From Paramecium tetraurelia (Eukaryota): 64,000 nucleotides of DNA. A program made the position numbers and the translations under genes. The stretch lies in assembly GCA_000165425.1 (NCBI GenBank), contig CT868041.1:124001-188000 (forward strand), in the 5' to 3' direction. This document shows positions 41,759-54,552 of this stretch, piece after piece. The notes under the pieces were generated by a model. It ran no database searches, was not told where the DNA came from, and worked only from the letters and a program-made list of their open reading frames with translations. Position 1 is the stretch's first letter. Each line of letters begins with the position of its first letter.

Positions 41759-42090
41759 TCATTCTTCTGGTTCGAAAACTCCAAATGAATCTTCGAAATT
41801 TATAGCCTCTTTTAATGAGCTTGTGAATGCTTAGTAATTATTATTTATGGTGGCAGCGCAATTTTCTGTTATTTATTAAAATAGATTCATTACTGACACA
41901 TTAAACATCATTTTCAGAAAGTTTTGTACCTTAATCAGGTTTGAATAATCTACACTTGTTCGCACATAATTTGGTCAATGATAATGTTAATCCAACAGTA
42001 ATGTTCTAAATTAAAGCACTAAATAAAACTAATTACAAAGGTGTATAATGGAGTGTTAGGGAAATCCAAGCTTTCAGAATCGTCACTCAT
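41759..42090 (-). CDS. Small Tim chaperone (Tim8/9/10/13 family, twin CX3C)
   Basis: After removing two introns: MSDDSESLDF...LTKLCANKCRLFKPDQGTKLSENDVQCVKNCAATINNNY...EPEE-TGA, i.e. CX3C-X17-CX3C. Confidence 0.8.
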
Positions 42091-42126
42091 AAATCTTAAT
42101 TTAATTATATTTATATATATATATAA

Positions 42127-42600
42127 ATGAAATCCAGAATAGAAATACTAAGATCCAAATAATTATCACCTTATCAATCTAGTTTGTAAGAGAGACTATA
42201 TAGAGGATTAAGATTATTTATAACAAAAAACCTTACTCATTGTTGTACAAGCAAAAAAAGATGTATAAACATAAGGATTGACTAATCACAACACCTTTAA
42301 GTGCTCTAAACTTAGAATGCAGGTCTAAATGACAATAAAGAACAAATATCGAAAATATAAAACTTTTTATTATTCTGATTAAAAATATTTGTTACAATAG
42401 TTCAAATTAAAATCGCAGTACTAGCAAGTTTAGAATGTCATTTAATAAAAAAATAAATCAACTATCTCTTACCTAAGTCTAATTTTAAAAAGAGTAAAGA
42501 ATATTCAGTAGATTTGAAAAATAACATCCATTCAACCCATATCAGAAGTAAAATTGCTAATATGAATCCGTTCAATTGTTTTTCTAACCTACTATATTGA
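42127..42600 (+). CDS. Possible small basic hypothetical gene
   Basis: ATG 42127 MKSRIEILRSKQLSPYQS. The downstream frame could not be resolved cleanly. Confidence 0.25.
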
Positions 42601-42744
42601 ACTCTGAATCATATTAGATGTAGTTTGCATTTTGTTAAGCCCTCTATTATAACACTATTTATTGATTATTTATATTATTTATGCAATTAGGATATGATTT
42701 AAAGATATTAATTTTTTTACATCTTTTTTTTTTTAAATTATCTC

Positions 42745-43772
42745 ATGCTTCCTATTGTATACGCTACCCCCTACATCAATTATCCATAACTCAATCTTTA
42801 ATAAGTATATCCAATTCCAACTTAATACTTTAATATGGTTCCTACAAAGGTTATGTGTGATTAAGCCTGTTAATTCCCTGAGATTACTTCGAATGAAAAA
42901 GCTTCGGACAATACTGATTAAAATGGCCCCACCAAGTGTAAAGAAGCATTAGTATTGGAAGAACTCAACCTGTTATTAAAATTTTTGTCAAAGAATATTT
43001 CCTTACTCTAAGAGAAGACATTTGAAAAATTTGTTATTGAGAATTTGAAAGTATATCTTACTCATATAGACATTAGAACCTTATATCCTTGCATTCCGAT
43101 ATCCCCTATATCTTAAAGAGGAGGTATATCCAAGTTAATAAAACAAAAGAAGAAATGACAAAATTCATTATTCGAAGATGTTTCCAATTCATTAAAACTT
43201 AAATTAATTATTAAGAAAAAGTTAATCTCGGAGCTGAAGAAAGAGACAGACTTTTCTATCATACTTTCTTTTCTAATGATAAGGAATTTATGAAAACACT
43301 AGAAAATGATTCAATAGATGACCTCATTCCTTTTAGAAAAGAATCAAAACTCAAAACAATAAATGACGCTTATTTAAAAAAACTGTTCAATTCTAAATAT
43401 TTTACTTATTTCTATTAGCAATTTTTATGTAACACCATCAATTAAATTAATAGCTGAATTTCAAACAATATGTCAATAAGAAAATGAGGAGAAAATAGAA
43501 AAAATGACAATGCAAATTTAAAAAATCATCTTTACAAGAGATTATGATGTAGATTTTTTTCCATAAAAATAGAAAATTAAAACCTACAGAAGATTTCCAT
43601 GGAAAGACCACGAATTTAATAAGTGTGAAATTAGAGCATAAGAAATATATAAAAAATATCATTTTCATAAATTCAGTATTTACAAACATTAATTATAGAG
43701 AATGAAAAGAAACTTTTGAAAAAGGAATCAATTAAGCTGGAGCATATTGAATTATCTGAATCTATATAATGA
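42745..43772 (+). CDS. Hypothetical protein with a conserved-looking helical domain (ciliate-type, possibly nuclear)
   Basis: KTKEEMTKFIIRRCFQFIK...LIPFRKESKLKTINDAYLKKLF...RRFPW; several tiny introns. Confidence 0.7.
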
Positions 43773-44314
43773 ACATTATAAAAATTGGCCCATCAAATAA
43801 TAATTATTTAATTCAATAAACTACATACATACTTTTAGAGTTCTATTTGGCATATTCAATAAATTATTGTAAGAAATTGTTAATTTTACACCAAATTAAA
43901 TTACAAAATTAATTTCAAATTCAATGCAAACTAATAAATTCTAAGTTCGCCTATCTATGGATTATTTTGTTTAAATTTATTAATAACTTATAATAATTAC
44001 AACCTTATTTGTCTAAATAACTAAGTTCCAAACTTATTTATTCTTTGTAAACATCATTATACCATCCTTTTTTAATGAATAATCAATCTCTTATTGTAAT
44101 TTTTAGCAGGGTCAAGTAGTTATATATTGTTGATATTTTCCTGTTTTTTACATTCATTTTTTAATTAATCTATTTAATAACTTACTTTAGTTTAGTTTCT
44201 TAGAACATAACTTAAGTTAGGATTTTTATGTATAATAAATTTGAGATCAAAGGCAAAAATAAACGTAAAAATGAGAAAAAATTTATGATGTTAATTATGA
44301 TGTATAAATTTAAT

Positions 44315-44715
44315 TCAATTGTTGGCTTCTTAGGAATTCGCTTAATTTAGTCCGACTCCTAAGAATTTTTCCATTTCAAATACTCTGTGATTCAATAAAT
44401 TAGTAGATTTTCTAATTCTGGCTTTTTCATTTTTTAATGTTTCCACCTAATTACTTATTTCATTGGTCTCATTATTTAATTCTTCGGCCAACTTTCTAAA
44501 ACTTCTAGTGAAGTCTGCTAATTCTTCTATAAAGCCAGTTGAGGTGTCATCGTTTATAGAGGATTATAAATATGATTCATGAATGATTTCTTATCTCAAA
44601 ATTTGCAATTCTTTTTTGTCTCTTTCCAATTCATGTAATATGTATTCTAACATAATCTAGTTGGAATTACTAATACATTTAATTTATCCTCATGTTCCTT
44701 CATTGGTAGGTTCAT
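44315..44715 (-). CDS. Small coiled-coil protein
   Basis: MNLPMKEHEDKLN joined by a 20-nt intron to IMLEYILHELERDKKELQILRQE...EMEKFLGVG...-TGA. Confidence 0.65.
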
Positions 44716-44841
44716 TGAATTTTTTTAGAACAGTTATAAAGCCTCTTTATATGATTACATAGAAATAATTTATTTATGAAATAATAATGTGATTAGAGTA
44801 CAAAGACCTCATTCGATTGATAATTGATATAAATAGAGAGG

Positions 44842-45772
44842 TCATGTTTCATTATATAATTCATCCTGTATTTCTCTGATGAAAACAACAAGTTAAAGTA
44901 GACTTTATAATCCAATTCTATTTGGCTATTCGACGGCTAAAATAATGTTTGAATTTGCTGTTTGCTGCTGTATTATCAAATAATTGTATAACTCGTTCTC
45001 TTGATTCTAAGATCCTATTTACCTTATCTAATTAAACATGGAATTTTCATCTTGGCTTGGGTAATAGAGTAAAATATCTTCTTAATTATTGAATAATACC
45101 AGTTCTATTAGTAAATAGTCCTAAAGGGGATAAGCGTGGAGATGAGATTGGAATGTATTCATTGTAAGCTTTATTCTATCCTTAAAAATGGATAAGAATT
45201 TCTTTTTGATTTAAAATATTGATTATCGATCCGACACACCAGATATGTTCAGTATCTAAAACATCTAGAGTATCTCCAATATTAAAGTTGGTTATCTTCT
45301 TTTTCAATTTCCACTCTTTAAACTGCTTCTTTCTACTCGGAATTGTCGAATTTTTTACGAGAACTTTACTATTTTTGATAAATTCATCTATAGTATGACA
45401 TTGGATAAAGTGTAAACCTTTCAAAACTGTTTGGCAACATGGACACCTCTTAAATAAGTTGAAAATATACATGAGATTTAAGTAACTGTTCAAAAATGCA
45501 GTAATAACAAAATGAATGACCACATTAAGCAATTGTAAATTTAATGTAATAATCTTTGCACAATATACATTTTAGTCTATTTTCATGAAATGCTTCGCTG
45601 AGTTAAAATGCTTAAATTTGATTTAAATAATACGAATTTTTCTCATCTAATTATAGCCATCTAAATTTTATGGTTTCCTCATTTTCTATAAGAATTTATT
45701 TTTAATCGATTTGGAATCACTAAATTGAACTTATCGAAGTTCTTCTTCGAAAATTATACTTTGTTATTTCAT
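44842..45772 (-). CDS. C3HC4 RING-finger plus Tudor/chromo-barrel-like domain protein (putative E3 ligase)
   Basis: CILCKDYYIKFTIAQCGHSFCYYC...RCPCC, then FNIGDTLDVLDTEHIWCVGSI...ILIHFQGQNKAYNEYIPISSPRLSPLG. Confidence 0.85.
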
Positions 45773-46855
45773 TTAAGACTATTTATTTAATTAATTTATG
45801 ATCAATTTAAGGTATAATTTGATATAATTGTTGATTACAAATAAATAGAATACACAAATCAAGAATTTATTTACAGTAATGATATTGCATTTTGATTTCA
45901 TATATGATTTCATATACATTTGGAGATGTGTAAATTTTGCAATATTAATTAACTCTTAGTTATAACTACATCAATATAATTAAATCTTCATAATATGCAT
46001 GCCAAATAATTATATGAATAATGAATAATCGATAATAACAATCGAAAAATACTCTAGATTCAATTATTATTTGTGAAAAAGCAGTGAAATACAATTTTAC
46101 CTCATAAATTTCTTAAGATTACAATTAGTAAGAGAGCTTCATAACTAGAAATTGATTCAATGATAGTTTTATCCTTCAAAACCATTTGAATTTCTGGATA
46201 AACGTATTGTGAAATTAAAAACTAATAGGAAAATGATAAAATTTTATACTTCAACCTTGATTAACAGAGTAAAGATAAAAGTATGGCTAAATCATGTAGT
46301 AAATAATTTTTAGGAAGATTGAATTGACCAAATCATACGATTTATATTAAACAAACATACTATTTATCATACTTTTCTTTTGTACAATTGATGTATTTCA
46401 TATTGTTCTTATTTTGTCTATAGATATTAAGAACCTATTGTTTGATATTACTTTAAATCAATATTAACAGTCTCTAATAATGAATCAATTAATAATTGTT
46501 ACTCCTTTTTTAGATCTAGGATACCAATTAAAATTGCTATGTATTCAATTATATTAATAATATCTTATTGATTACAGCAATTCGGTTATAATTAGATTTT
46601 CATAGCCTTTTACCTGTTGAATTTAATGATTCCTGGAAATTATTGCATTTTTAGTATTAATTATTTTTCTGATTTTCCTTTAATAAATCTCCTTGCTTAT
46701 TCTATTGGATGTTTCAAATTCTTGATTCTCTTTTTAATTTTTAATTTTACTATAATTATTTTTACTAAAACGAAACTAAGTAAAGTTAATATAAGGATTG
46801 CATAATTTTACATATGTTTTAATAAATTATATTTATAATAGTTATAAATATAAGA

Positions 46856-47880
46856 TCATTCTTATATCTGATTATTAATTTAAGAATTTATTGTATGAGA
46901 ACTATTCTTTCTTTTTTGAGGATTATCAGGAACTGATTCTGCATCTCCCTCTATCTCCACATTTTATTATTTAACATCAGTTGGAGGTTCATTTTAAATA
47001 ACCTCATTTTTACCAACTTACTCATCTCCTTAAGTGAAGTCTTGTTTAGGATTAACCTAAGCTACTCTGGTCTTCTTTGTGCTGCAACTAATAAACATAG
47101 TAAAGAGAAAGTGATACCAAAACTTTTAAGGGGTTTCTACAGGAACCTCTTAAGATTTCTTCTATCTTTTTTGTATGATAAAAGCATAGGTTGTCACTCC
47201 TTAGTATTTTAGCCAAAAATGAAAAAACATCAAGTTAAAATTTAACAAAAACAATATTGCCACCAATCCAACATTGACCAATATCCAGATAAACATCTTA
47301 GGAGATTAGAATGAAATAGAAAACATTCCAAATATAACAAAAGTTATTCCAAATAAGGACACAAAGATGAGCAACTTAAAGAATTCTCGATAATTCTTTT
47401 TTCCTATGCAATTATTAAGCCATTTACAATGATGATCAAAATCAGACACACATCTCAAATAAATATCTGAGTTTACCTTTCACAAACTCTGCAGTGTTTA
47501 GTAGTGCTGGAGACATAACTATCACAATAGGAACAAAAGAAATCATAAAGTTCTATCTCATTTTCACTATTGATTAAATTATATAAGAAATACAAGCTTT
47601 GTCCTCTCCTTGATTTTATTATGTAATCATCAGTAGGATCAATGTAGGATGTCTTGAAGGCATAGTAAAATATCATTATTGAGAAAAAGTAAAAAAAACA
47701 TGCTAAAATAATCTATTTATTGCTTATTTATACTTAAACCAACAAATTGGTTATTGGTACTATAGCTATCGATACACAACACATTATTTCAATAAAAAAG
47801 ACTATGGTGAATATCTAAAAGGGATGTTTAGGCCTCGTGAATCCATTGATTGTCCTGTATTCCTTTTCAGTTGTATTCAT
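46856..47880 (-). CDS. DHHC palmitoyltransferase
   Basis: [16 protein letters not shown]...[32 protein letters not shown] helices and GVTTYAFI (TTxE-like). Confidence 0.95.
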
Positions 47881-47969
47881 ACTGATTTTATATTAATTAG
47901 GTATATTTATAATTTACAGAATCCTGATTTTATTATCAATTATTATTAATAAATGATAGATTATCAAAC

Positions 47970-49110
47970 TCATCTTCCAGACCATGAAGCAACTTGTTTC
48001 TTGAACATAATGATCACTTCATCAAGAATGGCATTCTCCTCCAATCTCTTTGCTTTGGCTTCAGCATAATCTGCTCTCTTTGATTCCAAATCAGCTTAAG
48101 CTTAATCGAGGGCATCTTATGATTCTTGTAAGATAATCTTTGATTTAGCTTATTAGGCCAAAGCAGCTTAGATTTACTACACTTAAATTAATGAATTACA
48201 GTAGCAGTTCTGTCAGCAAACACTTATTTTCTTTCATATTCAACTTCTAAAGATGAGATTTCAGCTTCTGACAATGAAACCCAACCAGCTAATTCCCATG
48301 AGGCATTGATTTCATTTTATTTCAAGTTCTCCAATGATGCAGATAATTCAGCTTCTAATCCTTCAAGAACTGCTAACACTTTTTCAGCTAAGGTTGATCC
48401 ACCAGTAGATGCTGATTCCTTTATATTGATATTTAAGAAATCTTACTTCTTATGAGTTAGCCAAAGCCAAGAATGATTTGATTTAGTGATCTTAGAATAA
48501 ATTACTGTATTATTTTAATTTTTCAGCCACAGATTATGCTTTAACTTATGTGAATTCAAATGAATCACCGTTAATGATGTAACCAGCAACATCTTATTTC
48601 AAAAGTCTGATGACTTCAAGGGCTTCTTAGTTATGTTTGATTGATTTAACAAAGAGTTAATTGCTAAAGCATTGATTATCTTAAAGAGCATCAATTTTTC
48701 TTGCAATTTCATCTCTTCTTGCTTCATTCCAAGCCAAGTAATTTTTTGTTTATTTAAGCACTTCCTCATAGTTAGCTCTATTCTCGATGGCTTGATTGAA
48801 GAGTTTTTGATTAAGACTTTTGATCTTTGTGAATTATTCAATTGTCCTAAATCATTAACATTATATTTACTATGCGCCAATCCATTCATCTGTTTCATTC
48901 TTTTAATCTGCAGCAAATTAAGTATCAATATTAGATTGCTTCAAATCATTGAGTAATCCAAAAACTGTATCAATAGCATCACTTGCTTTTGTTCCTGTCT
49001 ATTATATTTATAATATTCATTACTTATAATAAGGCAAGGATTTAATCTTGTGTTTTTGAACCATAGGTTGTTGCTGCCAAAGCAAATAACACAACAATAA
49101 TGAATTTCAT
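47970..49110 (-). CDS. Trichocyst matrix protein (TMP/Grl family) precursor
   Basis: Signal peptide MKFIIVVLFALAATTYG; LLQTG processing-type motif as in TMP T1/T2/T4 precursors; two acidic helical halves with a second STGG motif; four introns. Confidence 0.8.
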
Positions 49111-49288
49111 TTAATAATTAATCAAAAACGTACTCTAATAAAAACGATAAATACTTATAAAAATGTATCATTCATCTTCCTCTTAATACAAATATTAATA
49201 ATTATAATTCAATATTAATTCAACTACTCTTCACTAAAATTGATTATCCCTCAAGTAAATTCCATCAGACGAGGATTTACTCTAAAAA

Positions 49289-50431
49289 TCAAAATTATGC
49301 ATTTCTTGAGCAAGTTGTGATTTCCAATTTTTATGTTGTGTTCATAGATTGGTCTTCGAGAATGAGATTCTCAATAACCTTTTTTTCCTCTTTTTAAAAT
49401 CATTTATATCAAATTTATTAGATTCTAGACTTTAGGTTTTTTGGATTTTCTGACAAACTTCTATTTTACTTGTTAGCTCATTTTTCACTTCATCAATGAT
49501 TTAAAGGAAATTACTCAATATCTTATCCTTAATAAAATCATTTAAGATTTAGCTTAACCAATTTTCAATTCTTTTCTTTTAATTCAACAATTATTTCAAA
49601 TTATGCATTTACATTTTCAACTCTTAGATTTTAGTATTCCACTAGTGCTTCATTATTTCAATTTCTTTTATTTCTTGGTCAACCCCTACCAAAATTTCAA
49701 ACTCTTATTTATCTCAGCAATAAAGGTCTTGAAGTATTCTATATTTTGCTTCAACCATTAATCTTAATTATTCATTAAATATTAATATTTAGTATCCGAG
49801 TTAAAATGTTTACACCTTTGCTTATTCATCTTTAATACTTAAAATTAATTAATAATTAATATTTTCCTATTAAAACGTTTCTTTTTCCTTTTAGTATATA
49901 GATAGAGAGAGCTTTTTCTTTTCCTTATAGTTCGCTTTTAACCTTTCATTTCCTTATTAATTTATTTGCATTTCTTGTACATTTTATTTAGCATTATTGG
50001 CATTTATTAGATTCTAAATTAATTATAAAAGTGTTTTTTAGCATTGCTTTACTCATCAAATGAGCGTAATCTATTTTATTAATTTCTTCCTTTAAATCAT
50101 GGATTTCTCCAATCAAAACTCCATCTCTTCCTAATCTTCAAATACTAATTTATCTTAAATGATCCTACTTATTTTGTTCGTAATTTATTCTTTATATTTC
50201 ACCCCTAAATCTGCTCTTTTTTCAATTCTATTAAATTTGTATACCTCAAATAAATCGAAATTTTTCATCCTTAACATTTTATTCGTTAATATTTCTTATT
50301 GTTTCATCTTTTCGACACTTTCTATTCTTCCTCAATTTTAGACTTTAAAACTTAATTATCTTAATTGATCAAGATAATCTGTATAAATTAATCATTCAAA
50401 AAATAATCACAATTTTTCCAATGCCTTCCAT
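49289..50431 (-). pseudogene. Probable decaying coiled-coil gene
   Basis: Coiled-coil frames are broken by an apparent frameshift near 50320, an in-frame TGA at 50138-50140, an intron-like segment beginning GA instead of GT near 49796, and a junction needing only a 17-nt intron near 49687-49703. Confidence 0.5.
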
Positions 50432-50627
50432 TCTGTTAATATGAATTCAACTACTTTCTGCAATTTTAGGTGGCATAAGAATTATAAATTATTAATAAAA
50501 TTAGTCCTTCTACTTTTTTTTTGAATTTGATTAATGAGGTTTATTCCCATTTAAATCAGTCTATTTAATATAGTTCAATCTGAATTTATTCATTCAATAT
50601 TAATAAAAGCTAAATAAATTTATAAGT

Positions 50628-53073
50628 ATGAATAACAACTCTTTAATATTGGAATACCACTTATATGATACTATTTAGTTGCTTAAAAACAATAAATACA
50701 AAAAATTTATCAAATAAAGCAGAAAATTAGTTTGTAATCCTTATTTGGTCAATGATACATTTTTCATTCAATTAAATATCTAACTAATAAGGAGATTACT
50801 GCACTGTTAATTAAAAGTCGTATAGAAATACTTCGTGAATTTCAGCTCGAAACAATAAACCATTTTAGATGTCTTAATAAATTGCATGGAATTATGTTAA
50901 AATTATCAAATTTTGATTAATAAATATGAGACTTCTTTTGATGATAAAGAGATCCAGGAAAAGCAGATATCAAGAAAACTGAAGTTTTTGAATGAGCCAA
51001 ATAAATTAACATTAAAATAATTTGCAAATCAATATGATAAACTAGAACCAGACAACAAATCAGCAATTTGGATAAAATATTAATGGTAATAACTCTTTTG
51101 TTATTTTTAAAAGACCCTACTTTTTAACTATCAATATTGCAAAATGTCTATGTTAAAAGAAGCATCTCTCTTTTTGTTCAAGCTCTATAAATTAAAGCCC
51201 ATCTCTACATACTAATCATAGTTTTTATATTTCCAAGCTCTAACCTTAAAGAATACAGCCTAATTTGAGTTATCAAACACAACAAATAATGAAGTATTAG
51301 ACCTCGGATTCTCAATGCTATTAAACTCACTTCGAGAGTACCATAAGCCAAAATCAAATTTGTTAACCTTTTAAAAGCAGTTGGTACAAATAACAACTAC
51401 ATTATTGATTAATTTAGATATATAGAGTAAATCTTAAGAAATAAATGATAATCATTTAGATTGCATATAATCTCTGAATTTGGCTAACTTTTTGGCCTCT
51501 CAAATTTTGAAACCTTTGAAAAAGAAGACTGATTTAGTTGAATATATTGCTTCAGAATTTGAATTTGCAAATGAAAAATTTGAATAAATTTTATTGGAAG
51601 ATTAAGATCTAACCAAATTTACTTAATTCCTTTATGGTTATAATGCTAATTATAAATAAAGTTCTAAAAATAGTGGTAATGTGAAATTACAAGAAATGAT
51701 TAAAATTAAACTATAATAACATAAAAGTACATAATTTTAAAAAGGATTTCAAACAGTTAATAGTAATTAATGCATTTATGCTTCAAACAGTCAGGATAAA
51801 TTGACAATGTAAGATTACTTACCAATAAAAATGAAATCTTATCATCATAAGGACTCAACAGCATTTTCAAATCCATATTCTTAAACATCAATAAATCATA
51901 CTATTTAAGTTAATAATCTAATTAGGGAATCCCCATCAACACAACGGGATAGGAGAAATTAAAATGGACATCCAGGTAGCTTTTTAAGTTTAAATAATTT
52001 TTCATCAGTTAAGCTAAATTAAGAAAAGCCAAAAAAACGTCAAGTTTCAGTAAAATGTAAAAGGGCCAACACTAATTCAGATCATAAGAATAGTTATCTG
52101 AGTTAGTTGATTAATTTAAGATAGAAATCCAGTCTAACAATAAGAGATGAAATTAGTGAATTAGAAAAAAATCATTAGAAATTAGTAAATAAATTGAACA
52201 ATTAATAAAAATCAACTAAAGTATCTACAATAGATGAATTCTTCAATAAAAAAATAGAAGCAATAGCATTTGAAGAGTGTTTGACTTTAGATCAAATAAA
52301 AGATACCGCCAAAAAGATCATCTAAACTGAATGGGAAATTCATAAGGAAATGCCAGTAACTAAAAGTTTGATGAAATCGATATCAGTATCTGAAATCTAA
52401 GTGGAATAGTAATAGGCTGCATATAATAAATTATAAGAATATAGAGAGATGCAAAATTAGGATTATTACAACACAATGAAGGATAAGGCTTAGGATTAAA
52501 TGGATTAAACAAAGGAAGTTAAGAAACTCAAAATAAATTAATAAAGATTTACTATGAAACATAAAAAGAGTTAATAAAGTTTATTTAATTCTTAATAGAT
52601 AAAATCTTTAGTCATAAATGATACTAAGATTTAAGAACAATTTAATTAGTAGCTCATTTAATAATAAAATTCAGCAGAATAGAGGATAGAAATTAAAGTA
52701 TCACCCAGATTAGCAAGGAAAAATAATTCAATGTTGTATAATTCAAATTTAGACTCAGAAAATCAAGAAAAAGGGTTTTCTTTAGTGAAAGGATAGCTGA
52801 TAGATTTAATGTTAAAAAATCTTGAGTATAGGGATGAATTAAATACTTAAGAGAGAGATTTGAAATAAGTATGATTTTTAATTGATTAGATAGTTTGTAT
52901 TGCCTAGACAATTCAGAACCAAAGCTATATCTCCACAAGGAGGTGAACTTTCACTAAAATCGCAGAATATGAGTGATTTCAAGTCGTTTGCATATAGTAC
53001 GAATTCAACGTAGATTACATCCCAAAATATGGAGAATAGATTGCATAAGACATTTGCAAATCAAAAATAATGA
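50628..53073 (+). CDS. Large hypothetical protein (helical/TPR-like N-half, Q/S-rich and coiled-coil C-half)
   Basis: Long code-6 ORF from MNNNSLILEYHLY to TFANQKQ-TGA. Confidence 0.65.
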
Positions 53074-53197
53074 TCATGCTTTTATTTTTTATTTTATTAG
53101 TAAATTTGTAACCATATGAATTATCAAACTAAGATCTCTGATATATGTGAATATAACATAATTTTATTTAATCAAAAATATATAAAATATAGTTAAT

Positions 53198-54377
53198 ATG
53201 AGTCAAAGCATTATGAATGAGATATTTAAATTAGTATTGAATTATATTGATTAGGTTTGTTTTGATGGAGCTTAACAAAAGAAATGGTCGTAATGCAAAG
53301 ATTTAGATAGTTAACTTTAATTTATCAGAGATGCAATTCCTTAAAAAATAAATGAGGCTACTAAAAATTATGATTACGAAGCCTTAGAGAAGCAAGTTTA
53401 AAAATATGAACACGAGATTCGGAAACACATAAGAGTAAGGTGTTTATCAAATTTTAATTTAGATGGAATAATAAATAAAACTATATGCAGAATCGTTATA
53501 ATAAAGATTAGAAGAACAAGAAGGTGTTAATGAATGTTTAAGCAACACCAAACAATTAGTGAATGTAATTATTCCAAATTTCTAGTCATTAAAAAAAGAG
53601 AATCAATAATTGATAGAATAAATCAAAAGATTATAAAGTGAAAATTATATGTTAAAATCTAAACTAAATGAAGTTAATGAGAGAATCAACAGTCATCAGA
53701 CATCTCCTGTCTGTGATAAATCAAAAAATCAAGATTCCTATCATATCAAAGTAATAATCTAAAGTATATTAAGAATAGCTAAAGATATCAGACTATAGAT
53801 TTTGTAGCCCCCAAGTAGAAATTGAATTCTAGGAACATAGAAGATCATAGCAAATAATATGCAGAAGTTAAAACCTAAATTAGTAACACTATTGATAGTT
53901 CAATCTTAAAAATGCTTTAAAACCGTCGAGATTCATTAAAATTGAATGATGCCTATAAATCATCAAGGGATTCTTCAACGATAGAAAAAAATGATTCGAA
54001 TAAGATAAAGTCCTGTATCAATTAACAAAGGGCAGCAAGTTAATAATAGAAAACGTAACATAAATAAATGATGGATCAAAGTAGTTAGTAAGTCAGAACT
54101 ACAACAGAAAATGTCAAATTTGATTTAAAAAATCAAAGTGATAATTTAAGGGCATTTCTTAATACTTAAAGTTTCCTCTGTAATAAAAAGAGTAAGGCGA
54201 ATTCCAGACCAGAAAATAGATATAACAAAAGTCACAGTGAACATTAGAACGCTAATTCAAATTATGCAGATATTTAAAAGTAATTGTTACATCATATCTA
54301 TTAAGGACTAATAAAATCCAAAAAGAGTATTTATAGTTTTCATAGAATTATTAAAAATATTTAGATAATTAGCTATG
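53198..54377 (+). CDS. Coiled-coil protein
   Basis: YEALEKQVQKYEHEIRKHIRMEQQIKLYAESLQQRLEE across a tiny intron. The 3' end is approximate. Confidence 0.65.
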
Positions 54378-54552
54378 ATATCAATAATTTTCCATTTTAT
54401 TTAATGTTACCAGTATATTAGTTAATAATAATGTCTTTTTAGTTTCGGAAGGTAATATTTTTCACAGTTATATTTCACTTTAAAAATTTCTTAAACTTTT
54501 AAAGGATTATATGATCAAATAAGTTAATATTTATTTTATAATAAAATATAAA

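Noticed and set aside
45780..46803. Possible minus-strand gene between the RING and DHHC genes
   Set aside because: There are coding-like patches, but I could not build a consistent start-to-stop exon chain.
49767..49794. 28-bp TA-bounded segment as a retained IES in the pseudogene
   Set aside because: Deleting it restores the frame, but TA occurs about nine times in 46 nt so a fit is expected by chance, and other lesions would remain.
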